The notes beneath the pieces were generated by a model. The model ran no database searches and was not told the DNA's origin. It saw only the letters and a list, made by a program, of their open reading frames with translations. Made by a program: the position numbers and the translations under genes. A stretch of 64,000 nt of DNA from Sarea resinae (Eukaryota): the NCBI GenBank assembly GCA_026026165.1, contig JAPEUD010000017.1, positions 62,001 to 126,000 of the forward strand. Direction: 5' to 3'. The stretch's first letter is position 1, and each line of letters begins with the position of its first letter. Below are positions 48,931 through 60,734 of this stretch, one piece after another.

Positions 48931-50210
48931 TGCTAGAGAAATGAGAGCAAGTAGAGGAGAAAAGGTTCGATGAGATCAAATTTGACTCGACTGAGTGAGC
49001 GTTTCTCCAGCTCGAGTCGAGGCAGCTAAGAGTCTTCAGAGATCAAGGCTCAAATGCGAATGTCGAATTGAGACAAGGCTTCCATCAGCATCCGTATCTC
49101 TCTTGCTCATCAGAGACTCCAGGGGCCTGAAGGGTCCAAGAGAAGCAAATCTGGGATGAACGCCCCAGGGTAGCGGGGCCTTGGATGACGGTCAAAGAGA
49201 GGCAGCGCAAGGCCTTGAATGAGCAGACGAATGTGGTAGAATCAGTGCTCACTTCTTCCAGTGATAAAACCAGCTGCGCAGGATCACAGCCTCAAGACAA
49301 ATGGCAGCCAACAGTGAGCAGGTCGATCAATACTGGCCCAGTGCAGATTAGATCACTCGAACGAATGATGAGATGAAGGCACAGGATGAGCGGATGAGGG
49401 CTGGACGGTCCCCAGTCTTTATGTGACTGCTTGGCTGTGCTTCGATGTACCTACTCACTCGTGCTCATCTTCTTGCTGCATTCCATGCCTCAAGGACGAT
49501 CCGTTTGAGCCTCTTGCTTACGACGCGTCCTCTTTTGCTCTCTCGTCGGTCATCCATGGATTCTGATACGACCTTACTCCGCTCCGACACGCCGAAATCC
49601 ATCCTTTAGGTTCCAACCACGGTCTCTTCGGGCCGGTAATTACCGCTTTCGGCTTAACCTGCGGACGAGCGACGCCTATCCAATCTTCATGGATATGGCT
49701 CCTTAACGAGAGTCGTTATTTTGGGCCCAGAATCGAGTATATAATGCCTACTGATACGTGTTTATGTGTACGCTTCAAGCCGCTGTTCTATCCTGAAACG
49801 CATTCGATCGAAATGCCGATGCTGAATGGTGCTGAATCGAGGTACTTGATTGAATGGACGACGCCCTTGAAAACACCATGCCCGCCTGCTGATACCAGCC
49901 ACGCATACATATAAAGTCACCAGTCTGCATTCTTTGCGTTCCTGAATATTGTGATTCTATGCAAAGTAGTGAATATGTACATCGCGAGGCTGACTGACAC
50001 AAGACGCTGTACCAAGATGACCAACTAAGGACATGTAGAAGGCCCAACCCAAGGAAACCGCTTGGCCCTCTTTTCCTAAGAGCAAATGCGTTGAAAATAC
50101 AAAACCAAGGTCCGAAAACGGGGATCGTGGATGAAGAGTAGAGTGGGATGTGAAGACCGCAGGACGGATGCGGCCCACGAAGAAGTGGTGTAAAAGTACA
50201 TGAGAGGATT

Positions 50211-50948
50211 CTATGCAAGGGCGGCTGTCTGATTTCCTTCTGCTGGAGCTGGTGGTGGTGCTGGTACCTGAATAGGGGTGGTATATCAGTATCTGTTCAA
50301 CGAGCTTGCCCAGAGTAATCCCTCCACTTACATCTAATCGGGTGTTTTCTGCCATCATTCTTTGGAATCCTATGCCCACACCTTCAATAACCGCCAAGAG
50401 GCAAGCACACCCTATAGCAGAGTTCCGCGCTGCCTTCATTCCTCCTCTGACCGCCAGAGCCCCTCCAGTGAAGAAACCTGCGATGACTGTTGCAGAAACA
50501 CGTCAGCTCCTATTTCGGTTTCCCGGCCTGCAGTTTCTTTCGCAAATCGTCTGGTAGCAATATACTCAAAAGGGCGACTTACTGGCATTGTAAGGATCTT
50601 CCTTCTTTCGAATGCCCTTCACGGCGCAGTCAAACGTCGAAAACAGACCACCCCAAACACCAAAGTTGCCTCCTAGAACGGGCGCCCGTGCCTTGATAGC
50701 TGTGATGGCACCAATCCTTCGCTCACCGTACGGGCTGTTACGGAATCCTTTAACACCATGCCATACTGCGCCACCAATAGCCTAATCAGAGAGGAAACAT
50801 TAGCAAGAGTAAATGTACCGCATGGTCCGGATGATGTTCGCGGACCGTGGCGAAGCGCGAAGAAGACAGGTCGACATACCCCCATACAAAAAGCACCACC
50901 GAAATCATTGAGTGCCACCCATGGGCAAGGATCTCTGGTATGATCCAT
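50211..50948 (-). CDS. TIM17: Mitochondrial inner-membrane translocase subunit Tim17; 4 exons
   Basis: [88 protein letters not shown]. Confidence 0.98.
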
Positions 50949-52054
50949 TTTCTAAAGTGTGAATGTTGTTGGGATGAGTAGGATGGATTGCTGGATGAAG
51001 GATAAGGAGCCGCGCTCGCTTTTGGCTGGCTTCGTCCAGAATACGCGTGATGATGCGGCCAGAGACGTTGCTAAGAGGATGAATATCTGCAACACGGCCT
51101 CCTATCAATTTGGTTGAGGATTCGAGGATACACCAGAACACCGAGGAGGATGGGTAATGATAGATTCGATGGCACTTTGAGGCAGAGCTGCTGGTCCTGA
51201 CGAGATGATGCTTGGAAACTTTTCTATTCGCGACTCATTGGCCGATTTAGCGACGCATGGCTGGCCTCTCTGATCCCAACTAGGTACGAAGTACGAAGTA
51301 CTCCCGCAATAGAGAAGCTGGCACCACGGAGTAGGTACGCAATACCTCACCACCAAGGACGACAATATCCCATGGAAGATGTTAGTACACAATCGCAAAA
51401 GGTCAAGCTCACTCCAGACTTCTATCCAGAGGAAGGGAGCCGATACCCCCAAGGCGATCGATCCCAAAGGAAAGGTTCTCAATGTCTGGCGTATTCAATG
51501 CAATATTGTCAAGGCTATCGGGCACTATTACAAACCAGTAGCCTACCGGTAACAAGCTGGGAATCATCAATCGCCAAAGGGGATAGATATGAATAGTGAA
51601 CGGCATTAATGCAATATCAGTATCAACGAGAACGGCACCAGCACGAATGAGTATGATCATTTCCTGATTTTCTATCAAATATGAACGAGGCATGGCGCCG
51701 GCGATGAGTAGACGCAAGGAATAGATATGATACAGAAATGAAATATTGAGAGAGCTACGATGACCATACGGAAAAGATATCCAATGAATTGAAGGCTGAT
51801 AGAGGAAGGCGCACTAGCCTGAAGACCCTGCTGGAGAATTGCGCCGGTAGTGATTGGATGCCCGAGTCTTCCACCCCGTTTGCGGTTTCGCATCCACTGT
51901 GTCTGTCTTATGAGAATCGATGGAGCGACTCTCACCCATATAAGGAAGATATCCAAGAGCTATGTCTGATGGCTCTTCACTCGGAGCCTGCCATAGGTAC
52001 AAGCCAGGCCGTCCCCCCCCCCCCCCTTTGTCCAGAAACTGTATGCCATTTCGT

Positions 52055-53254
52055 TCACTCCTCGTACTTGCCACCAACGATGTCGATCTTGCTCTTCTCG
52101 ATCTTGTCCTTCAGGTACTCATATACCGTAAACGTAACAGCCTGGCCAGGGGCAACACGCATGATTCGCGGCGTAATACCCTTATAGAACGCGTGGAATC
52201 CTTCCTGCTTGAACATCTCGCCGGCAATCTTGGTAATACGTGAGACGGCGGTTTCGCCGGGTTGGGCAGGGGTCTTTTGTAGACGCGTCTTAATAGTGTC
52301 GATGGGGGCATTGGAAAGCGGGCCCATGGCGCCGGAGACAAGACCGATGACCATGGTTTGGTACGAAGGAAGCTCTTTGCTGTTGTATTCGGGTTGCGCG
52401 TTTTGTAGGAATTGTTTGAATTCAGTATAGGCGGTGAAGTTGACTAGATGAAAATTAGGAATGAGGAGGAATAACAGATCACCGGACTAGCTTACCAGCT
52501 TGGTTGGACCCTTGCCGTAGAGCGGTCAGAGAAACACCGCGATAAAGCGCGCCGACTCCTTCTTCCTTGACCACAGTGTATAGTGCGTGCGCGGCATTTC
52601 GGTATTTGGGAACGTCCAATGGATCGGCCATCGAATGGTGTTGGGCTTGTAGTCGGATCTTGACGACCTCCATCGGCGTCACAACTGCCACGGCTTCTGT
52701 GACACCAGCAGCAAGACCAGCTATCCAATGTCAGCTTAAGGCGCTCGGGATATTTTTGGACACAGAAACGCACCGAAGAAGGTCATCTTGGAGCTCACCG
52801 CTCCGGTCTGCTTGTCCGCCAGTAGTTGTTTGTACCACTCGTATGAAGTGAATCTTATGGCCATCTTGGGGACAATTCCCGTGAGCACAGCTCCGAGACC
52901 TTTGTACAGACCCAAGGGGGTCTCCCGCTTCACAATCTCCGCGCCCGTTTTCAGGAAGCCACGCTTCTTGACACCAGGAGCACGAGCGCGTCGTGACAAC
53001 TGCATTCGGACTTTGATTGTATCTGCGGCTTGTCTTAGCTAACGCACTTCCACAGGCATTGTTGAGCAACAAATTTCGTACCGAGAGGATGGCACGCCAA
53101 TGCTTCCATCATACCAGCTCCACCACCAGCTATTTTTGGGGGTCAGCATTGATTCCGAACATCACCTTCACCGTGTCTGATGCATACCAACGAGATTTGT
53201 CGCCGCAGATGCGGGTTTCTTGCCACCAGGGCCATTGACGCTCTTCGCCGACAT
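52055..53254 (-). CDS. SFC1: Mitochondrial succinate/fumarate carrier (Sfc1/Acr1/AcuL); 5 exons
   Basis: Three carrier signatures (PLDTIKVRMQ, PMEVVKIRLQ, PIDTIKTRLQ); AGGGAGMMEALACHP, GIVPKMAIRF, TALRQGSNQA, RIMRVAPGQAVTF. Confidence 0.96.
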
Positions 53255-55272
53255 TTTCAGCGTCTTTCCAATCCACGGATTATGGGTCTTCTGTATAGAT
53301 CAGGGGACCGACGTTGCTGCACTGAGCTCTGTGATTATGGTATCCGAGCAACTCAGAGCTACACGAAAAGAAAAGGAGAAAGGGAAGAAGCAATCCAACA
53401 AAAGGCGGCACGGAAAGGGTCAAAAGAACGAGGTTCACGATAACCTACAGGTTTTGTGCTCAAGCCTCGAGGTCATTCAGGCTCGTGTATGACTAACGGA
53501 AGGGCTACGGTAAGACTCCAAAAGGGCCTCGGGCACTTGGGCCGAGAATGATCCGCGGTCATCATGTTAAATTGGGGGGAGGGAAGGGAATCTTTCTTGA
53601 TGGCGGAGCCAGACCTGGATCTGAACCTTGACTGGGCCAAACACGGTCAGTTGTGTGTGGGGGAGCGAGTAAGTACCCGTACCGCTCGAGATACCGTGGC
53701 CGAGATGCCGAGGATGGTGGGGAAGCAAGTACACGGTACCTCTCGAAAGCTCCTCCCCCGCTAGGGCGGTGCGAGCGGGTATGGGGTGGGGCAGGACGAG
53801 CGGAGACACAGCGAAGGCGGTAAGGGAAGAAAGAAGTCAAGCCATAGAGGAAGGTTCAAGAACCAAGCGGTACCTCTCTCACCTTGCTACCACGCAATCC
53901 TCAGCAATACACGCTCGTGATGACCTACCTACCTCAGGGCCACCATCAGATTGTCTGTTCCAGCCGAGAGGTTGCGACATCGAGAAGAGCATGTGATGAA
54001 ATCTCTCGAATACCTTACCTGATGGATCAAGAGGCAGCTCTGATGGCTGCTTCGTGATGCGATGCCTGAGCGAGTACTACCTATCTTACTGGAGACACTT
54101 ACTCCGTAGTAGGCAAGGTACGCGGTACCTGGGGTGGTGTGGCCGGTACCCGTACATCAGAAATGACGTTAATTGTACCGGTTGCTCATCGACCTGTGAC
54201 GGCATTCCACCTCGAAAGCTGCCCACGGCCCTGCGCGGCCAAAGGTTTGCACGCTTGCGGAGAGTATATGTACATAGCCACCTCCGCCCTTGGCTACTCC
54301 GTCGATTCGTGGGGAAGGGACCGCCAGCAACAGTGGAGCGCGATCGGAGGAGGCTCATCGGAGACAAGTTCGTCCAGTGCATGTCCCAGTGCGCGCACAA
54401 GAGCGCGGCGCGGAGTAACTTTGTCCTCACATGAACTCCAACTTCCATTTTGCCGAGGGTCCCGGCTTTGCTGCGGATTTCAACGCTTGGCCCTTCCAGC
54501 TACGTACCGTAGACCCAATGTGCATGCTTTGATCTGATAAGATTCTCCACCGTCAATGACGTGTGCCCTGCATTCCATTGCCGGCCTGTACTTCATAGGC
54601 TGACGAGCAACGGCGGACGTAGATGGACTCAAACAAGCAGCAAGTAAGTCTGTCGGCCTGGTGATGTAGATAAGCAAAGCGTCTTGGAAACGAGAGGGGT
54701 TGTAGGAGAGAAAGGGAGTGAGAGAAGAGTAAAAGTGCTTTCCGACATAGTGTGAGAGACCTTCAACGATCTTTGCAGACAAGCTCTGCCTCCTGCCAAG
54801 TTGTTGTTGAGGATATCATCTAGAGAGAAGCTCTGACTCAAAATCCGCTCTCCAATTTGTTGAGCCTGGAGGGTCTTCGCGATTGGGTTGACAAGCAAAT
54901 TAGAAATGTCTGCCGGAGGACATCTGCGAGTCATTGTTAGCATTCAGTAGTCTTTCGAGGGCTATCTACTTCTCCTCATCTATCATTGAACGTCTCGTCT
55001 GAAGGAAGACTTGGTCGATCATGAAAACATTTGACTTTTTTTTTGGTTTTCCAGATTTAATCACTTTGCGGCCAGTCGCCAACACACATCAGCCTGTCTT
55101 ACATCACGCATGCCACGAAGGCCTAGCCCTAAGGTATAGGATTATGAGGTTGACATTTGAGCAGAACAGTGCCTTAAACATTGACGATCTATCTATCTAT
55201 CTTGCAGGCATACCAACTTACCGAGACATTCTATTGCATCCTTTAATCGACATTTATGAATTCCAGTGACCC

Positions 55273-56616
55273 TCATCTATCATCCCCTCTAAATACGCCC
55301 ACCTTAACCCTCCCGTCTGCGTCGACGTATCCCCTAAACATCCCCCCACAATTAAAATCCCAAACCAGCTCACCTTTCTCATCCGATAGCTCAATCCCGA
55401 TCATGCCGCCTTCTCCCTCGCCTGTCTTGCCCCATCGCAAGCCCGCTGAGCGCTGCAGCTCACCGTCTGGTCCGGAAACAGCATGTACGGCGGACGAAAG
55501 CGACATAGCTGGAGTAGAGAAACGGCACAAGCAGGCCGTGGTGTGCGCGGCGCAGAGCCGAAGAAAAGAGTCACCGTTACCAGTGCCTGAGATGGCTACT
55601 GCGCGTTTCCGTTTAAGTGTCTCGGAAGCTGTTTTAGACTCTTGGTAGGAGGATGAGGGAAGAGGGAGATATGCAGAATTCTTCCACATAGGCAAGCAAT
55701 TACCAAATACTTGTTTGGCCAAGGATACCAGATCTTGCAAACCCTGCGGCCCCCATGGAATTTGAGGTGCAATATAAGGTAAAGGAGTAGCAAGCTGTTC
55801 TTCTTCCCACTCCTCTGCCCAAAATCCAGCGCCCAGCGTAGGCGTATCGCCTATTCGGCCAGGGAGTTTGTTCGTGAGACCCCCAGTCGAGGTAGCAACG
55901 CAGACGGTGCCCCAGCGGTCGAGTACGACGCATCCCGTAGTGCCCTGCGGCAAGTATTCGTACGGGGACCAAGTAGGATCGCCGTCGTCACCCATGGGAT
56001 CTGATTCCGCCCCTGCTTTCTCGCCGTAATTCTCCCGCAACCCTCGCGCAGCGGAGAGAGCTGTTGCCCTCTTTTCGCGCGCCAATCCTCTCAAGTGCTC
56101 ATCCCACCTCTTCTGCGTGAAGTAATAACTAGGATCACACATATCACAGCCCCACTCCCGAGCCAAACCCTCCACGTATTCCCCGCTAAGCTGACAATGG
56201 GCCCCGCCTCCACCTCCATCATCTTTCTCTCCACGTAATAGCATTTCCTTCACCAGCAATATGGGGTTCTTGACTCGTCGTACTAACATCACGCCCACAC
56301 CGCGCTTTCGTTTCCCATTCGAGACCATGACAGAGGCCTCGAGCTCGTTGGTGCCCGCGCGGGTGAAGACGGCGCCATGGCCTGCGTTAAAGAGGGCGTT
56401 GTTTTCGAGAAGGCTGACCGCGTGTGTCGCTGCGTCGAGGGCAGTGGTAGTATGGTCGTTGAGGAGGTTTTGCGTGGAGAGTGTGATGGTATGAAGCGCA
56501 GAGGTGTAGGCAGCGTGGACGGACGGAGGTACGGTGGAGGGAGTGATGTTGCCAGCTCCGCCATGGATGATGATACGAGGTTTGATGTTCCCTCTGGAGG
56601 AGAGATGGGTCTTCAT
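55273..56616 (-). CDS. Isoaspartyl peptidase / L-asparaginase (Ntn-hydrolase, asparaginase_2 family); single exon
   Basis: IIIHGGAG, LLENNALFNAGHGAVFT..ELEASVM, VKNPI, autocleavage/nucleophile site QG-TTGCV, ATSTGGLTNKLPGRIGDTP, SGTGNGDSF, GEGGMIG. Confidence 0.95.
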   Translation of the reverse strand: MKTHLSSRGNIKPRIIIHGGAGNITPSTVPPSVHAAYTSALHTITLSTQNLLNDHTTTALDAATHAVSLLENNALFNAGHGAVFTRAGTNELEASVMVSNGKRKRGVGVMLVRRVKNPILLVKEMLLRGEKDDGGGGGAHCQLSGEYVEGLAREWGCDMCDPSYYFTQKRWDEHLRGLAREKRATALSAARGLRENYGEKAGAESDPMGDDGDPTWSPYEYLPQGTTGCVVLDRWGTVCVATSTGGLTNKLPGRIGDTPTLGAGFWAEEWEEEQLATPLPYIAPQIPWGPQGLQDLVSLAKQVFGNCLPMWKNSAYLPLPSSSYQESKTASETLKRKRAVAISGTGNGDSFLRLCAAHTTACLCRFSTPAMSLSSAVHAVSGPDGELQRSAGLRWGKTGEGEGGMIGIELSDEKGELVWDFNCGGMFRGYVDADGRVKVGVFRGDDR

Positions 56617-57003
56617 GATTGAAATTTCGGGCGTTGGACCAATATCATTGATAGTGATTAAGGTGTTGTTTTGGTGACTGGCCGAAGCGGAGGGGAAGTG
56701 GTGGCTGTTGACGTCGATAAGAGTTATGACGCTTATCGATAGCGACTAGGATTGACTGGTAGTAAATTCCTCGAGCACCTATCTGGGCAATCTTTCGAGA
56801 CTTGATCCAGTTTGATCTTCCAGGCCTATTTGGCCGACTATTTCTAGCCCGAATTACTAAGTATACTTGATCAAATATTAGGTATTCATGCAATGTTGAA
56901 AATACTCCGCTCATGTCTAATTATGATCAAAATGCCGAATCAATGACGATCTTATCTCAGAAGATAACCACCGCAAATCTACCCCAACTCCCAAAATGCT
57001 GAT

Positions 57004-58445
57004 TTAATCGTCGGTTTCCAACACAAACTTCTTGAAGCCAACCTTTCCTCCAAAGCCCCACTGGATTTGGTTCGCACATTGGATCTCGCAGCCCAAATCT
57101 TCAGCCCAAACCCACACCAGACCCGGGTTCTTGAGGAAACTACGTCCAGATAGAACCACGTCCAGACCTGCGTCGAGCAATTTCTGGGCTTGCTTTCCAT
57201 AGACAATCAAACCGACAGTTGCCACGAGGAGCTTGTCACCAACGACTGCCTTGATCTTCTTGGCGAAGTCGGCCTGGTAGCTGGCTGCAGACAAGATTTG
57301 TTGGTCTGGATGACTTCCACCAGAGCTAACATCGAGAAGATCGACACCGTGTTCCGCGGCAATCACTGCGAGCTTGATACTGTCCTCGACGGTCCAGCTA
57401 GGCGTATCCTTCAAGTGTTCCAGCCAGTCAGTGGCGCTGATTCGTAGGAAAATAGGGAAGTCCGCAGGCACGTTGGCTCTCGTTAGGTCGATGATCTCGA
57501 CCGTCAAGCGGATGCGGTTCTCGAACGAGCCGCCGTACTTATCTGTACGATGGTTGGAGACCGGGGAGAGGAATGAATGAAGGAGATAGCCATGAGCGTT
57601 GTGGATTTCAATGGCGTCGAACCCGGCTGCAAGAGCACGCTTGACGGCGGCGACCCAGGCACTCTTGAAGGTCTCAATATCGGCCTCTGTCATTTCTTTT
57701 GGTTGGGCGTGGTGGTCGTTGAAAGCGATGGCACTTGGCGCGTAGACGTTGTCTGGCCAGCCGCCGAGCTGAGACGGATGTTAGTGTATGTCTATGAAAT
57801 CACCTTCTTATATTGGAAGACTTACGGCCTTGGGGCAGACTTCACCGTAGCTCAACCACGGTGCAACAGTGCAGGCTTTCCGGCCGGCATGACCTAACTG
57901 GACAGCAATCTTTTGGTTTTGACTGTGGGCGAATTCGACCACAGGCTTGAACGCGTCGACTTGGGAGTCTTTCCACAGACCAAGATCTTCTGGCGTTAGA
58001 CGCCCTTCCGGTAGCACCGAGGTGGCCTCGACGATGGTGATGCCCGGACCTCTTTGGATAATGCCGCCATAATGCGCTATGTGAAACGGCGTCGCATGAC
58101 CGTCCTGGGCCGAGTACTGGCACATGGGAGGGACACCAATACGGTTCTGCATTGTCAATCCTCTGATATTCAATGGCGTGAACAGCTTAGGTGGTGTGGT
58201 GCCATCAGGCTGGGGATTCGAGGCCGTGCCTGACGGGATAGCTTGGGCGGGTGTGAAGTAGGAAATCTAGAGTCAATTAGTTTCAGGTCGTGGGGGCAAT
58301 GACTTCTGCTCCGACGACTTACCCCTGGGGCGCCGACGTTCTTCAGCGACAGGTCTGCCGCCGGGGGATCGATTTCGACATCTTCATGGTGGACGACATC
58401 GTGGTGAGCGCTGATCGACGCCTTTCTGCCTGGTCCTGTTGACAT
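57004..58445 (-). CDS. NADH:flavin oxidoreductase / old yellow enzyme, YqjM(NamA)-like class; 3 exons
   Basis: NRIGVPPMCQYSA, EATSVLPEGRLTPEDLGLW, QLGHAGRKA, AGFDAIEIHNAHGYLLHSFLSPVSNHRTDKYGGSFENRIR, RISATDW, DVSSGG. Confidence 0.95.
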
Positions 58446-58563
58446 GATGGTCGTTATAAGGTGAAAGCGGTCAATGTACTGGGTATGGGAGAGAGCTCGA
58501 TTGGATCAAAGGAGAATGCCTTGGGATAAAAAGACACAGGACGGGATGGACAAGCTTTTATTC

Positions 58564-58571
58564 TTTATATA
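58564..58571 (-). promoter_or_regulatory. TATA box of the OYE gene
   Basis: TATATAAA on the minus strand about 120 nt upstream of ATG 58445. Confidence 0.6.
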
Positions 58572-59335
58572 CAGACGACGGGTGGATACGTGGGGATAGG
58601 GTAGAGGCTCAACCATGTGCCTGTGATAGCGTGCCCTGGGGACTGGGGTTTAGAGTATTGGAAATCAGAGTATTGGAAATCAAAGGGCATTCCACTAATG
58701 GTGGGCTGCTGGCCGTCACGTCATGTCTATCCACTGCAGAGACGAACGAGGACAGGTCACTCGTGCCGCAATCCGATCATCAATTGGCATCGAGAGAGAT
58801 CGAGACGATCGAGAAAAGTGCGAGATAAGCTGTGACCTTGGGGTAGTGAGGGCGCTGGTGTTGTCAGTCGCCATGGGCTGAGGGATATTCATATCAATCA
58901 GGAGAGATGGAATGTCGCGTGTTGACCCGAGTAGGAGTACGCACAGAGCTGCATGGACTTGGGCGCCCGGTGAGGTACAGAGACCTCTGACTCGGAATTC
59001 TAGACTTCGGATCGGAACTGAGTCGAAAACATTACTATGTACTCTAATCCTCTTCCCTGGCATTTTCATACATTCTGCCGTGGGCGGTGAGACAGGATCA
59101 GCGAGGAACGGGCTGGAATGCATAATGCACAGTAGAACTCGTGCAGAGTGAACAACGAAGAGCACCGTAGGTAATCTAACCTACCTTACCCTACCGTGGG
59201 ACTCGGGCCGGGAACGAAGCCGGAATCATCACTACTACTACTCCTGTCAGGCGGTCAACAACAGCAAGAAGGCCAACATCAGTGGTCAAAGACGAAAATA
59301 AACAGGAAACCCGGTCATGAGCGGGAGAGGAGAAT

Positions 59336-60734
59336 ATGCAGAGATGCTGTCGCTATCTCCGACCCGGCCTGACATCCCTTTCATGCCCGTCTCTCTGTAG
59401 ACGCATCGTCTCCCAGAATGGCTGTCGCCGCTTCGCAACCGCCTTCTCCCCTTGCGTTGAAGAGGTCCAGGTACAATGTGGTCTGAGCGGCTCGATTGGA
59501 CTGAGGTAACATTTTTCCTGAGGTGAAGACGATGCGTTGTAGCACAAAGCTGAGCATCATTGTGCCTAGCATCCACCACCCCTCAGCCGGACCGCAAGCA
59601 GCCTCAGCAGCACCTCTGATACTCTACCTCCCACGAGGTCCCATTCTTCCAAATGAACCTTCCGATGGCCATGATGTAGAGATATTGGCAGAAGCATCGA
59701 GATCTACCATTGTGCGCATTAAATACAGACTAGATCGAGACAATCAATATCCCACTTCCATCCATGATGTGCTCACCGCTTATGACTGGGTTGTGGACAA
59801 TCTCATCGATGCCCACCAAAAGACCCTCGATCGGCATGCCGCTTCACGGCGCGCACGTGTCGGCGTCTGCGGCGAGCTCATCGGCGGAAGCCTAGCGACC
59901 ATGCTGGCGCTCACTGAATGCCGTCTCGGCAGGCCACGCATCGCCGCTGCATCTGTCACCAATCCGATCGTCGACTGGATCTTTCCCGAGCGGACCCCAG
60001 TCGCGGACGATCTACGTCCACAGCCTATAGATCTGTTTGAACAGGCTAGACTTCCACGCAAAAAGGGGCGCCCCGCGAAAGCCCCGTCACTAGATTCATG
60101 GACCGCTTTCGCCCAAACCGAGCCCCTTACTGCAGAAGCTCTTCTATCTGCTCGTTCGACATGTTTTGCGCATCCAGAGCATTATTTCGATACGTTTGCC
60201 AGCCCTATCCTCTTCTTACGTAGCGCGGGCGTCGACCCTCCCTTCGAAGATAGGCCTACCTCCCCGTATCCCTCTGAAAATGATCCCGCCGTATCTAATG
60301 CTTCTGAGCGAGGGGAAGAGAAAGGAGGAAATGAGGTAGATGAGTCTACCTCAAAGCCCATGAAAAGACGGAAAGCCCCGCGCCGTTTTCCGCCTTTGGG
60401 TTCCGGTCTCTCTCTCCCCGCCACGCGCATCTCCCTTGGTCTTGAAAACCCTCTTCGAGATCAAGGCCTTGAGCTTGCCAGATTTCTCCGCCGCAGCGTG
60501 GCAAGAGACGATCTGCAAAAGCACGGTTTGGAGCTCCTTTACGATGTCGGCGACGACGACGATGACCGTGAGAGCGCCGGACGCTCCTCGGCCGCGGCGG
60601 AACAACGCATTCAGGTTGTCGATGTTCCGGGTCAGGGCCTGTTACATTCGCATCTAAGTAAGTGGGAGGCCGGATGGCACGGTGCCGACGAGGAGATGGA
60701 GCAGATCGGATTGTGGTTTCGCCATGCACTTTAG
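59336..60734 (+). CDS. Alpha/beta-hydrolase fold protein (HSL/Abhydrolase_3-like), degenerate active site, probable mitochondrial presequence; 2 exons (intron 59506-59569)
   Basis: ATG 59336 exon splices in frame to ORF 59523-60734; LILYLPRGP, IKYRL..QYPTSIHDVLTAYDWV, GVCGELIGGSLATMLAL, NPIVDW, ASPIL, ENPLRDQG. Confidence 0.82.

Noticed and set aside
54054..54943. 100-130 aa ORFs between SFC1 and the asparaginase
   Set aside because: No family motif or coherent exon structure; probably promoter or UTR sequence.
47155..60734. P450, OYE, asparaginase and hydrolase as a biosynthetic gene cluster
   Set aside because: No PKS/NRPS/terpene backbone, pathway transcription factor or efflux transporter; interleaved with housekeeping TIM17 and SFC1.
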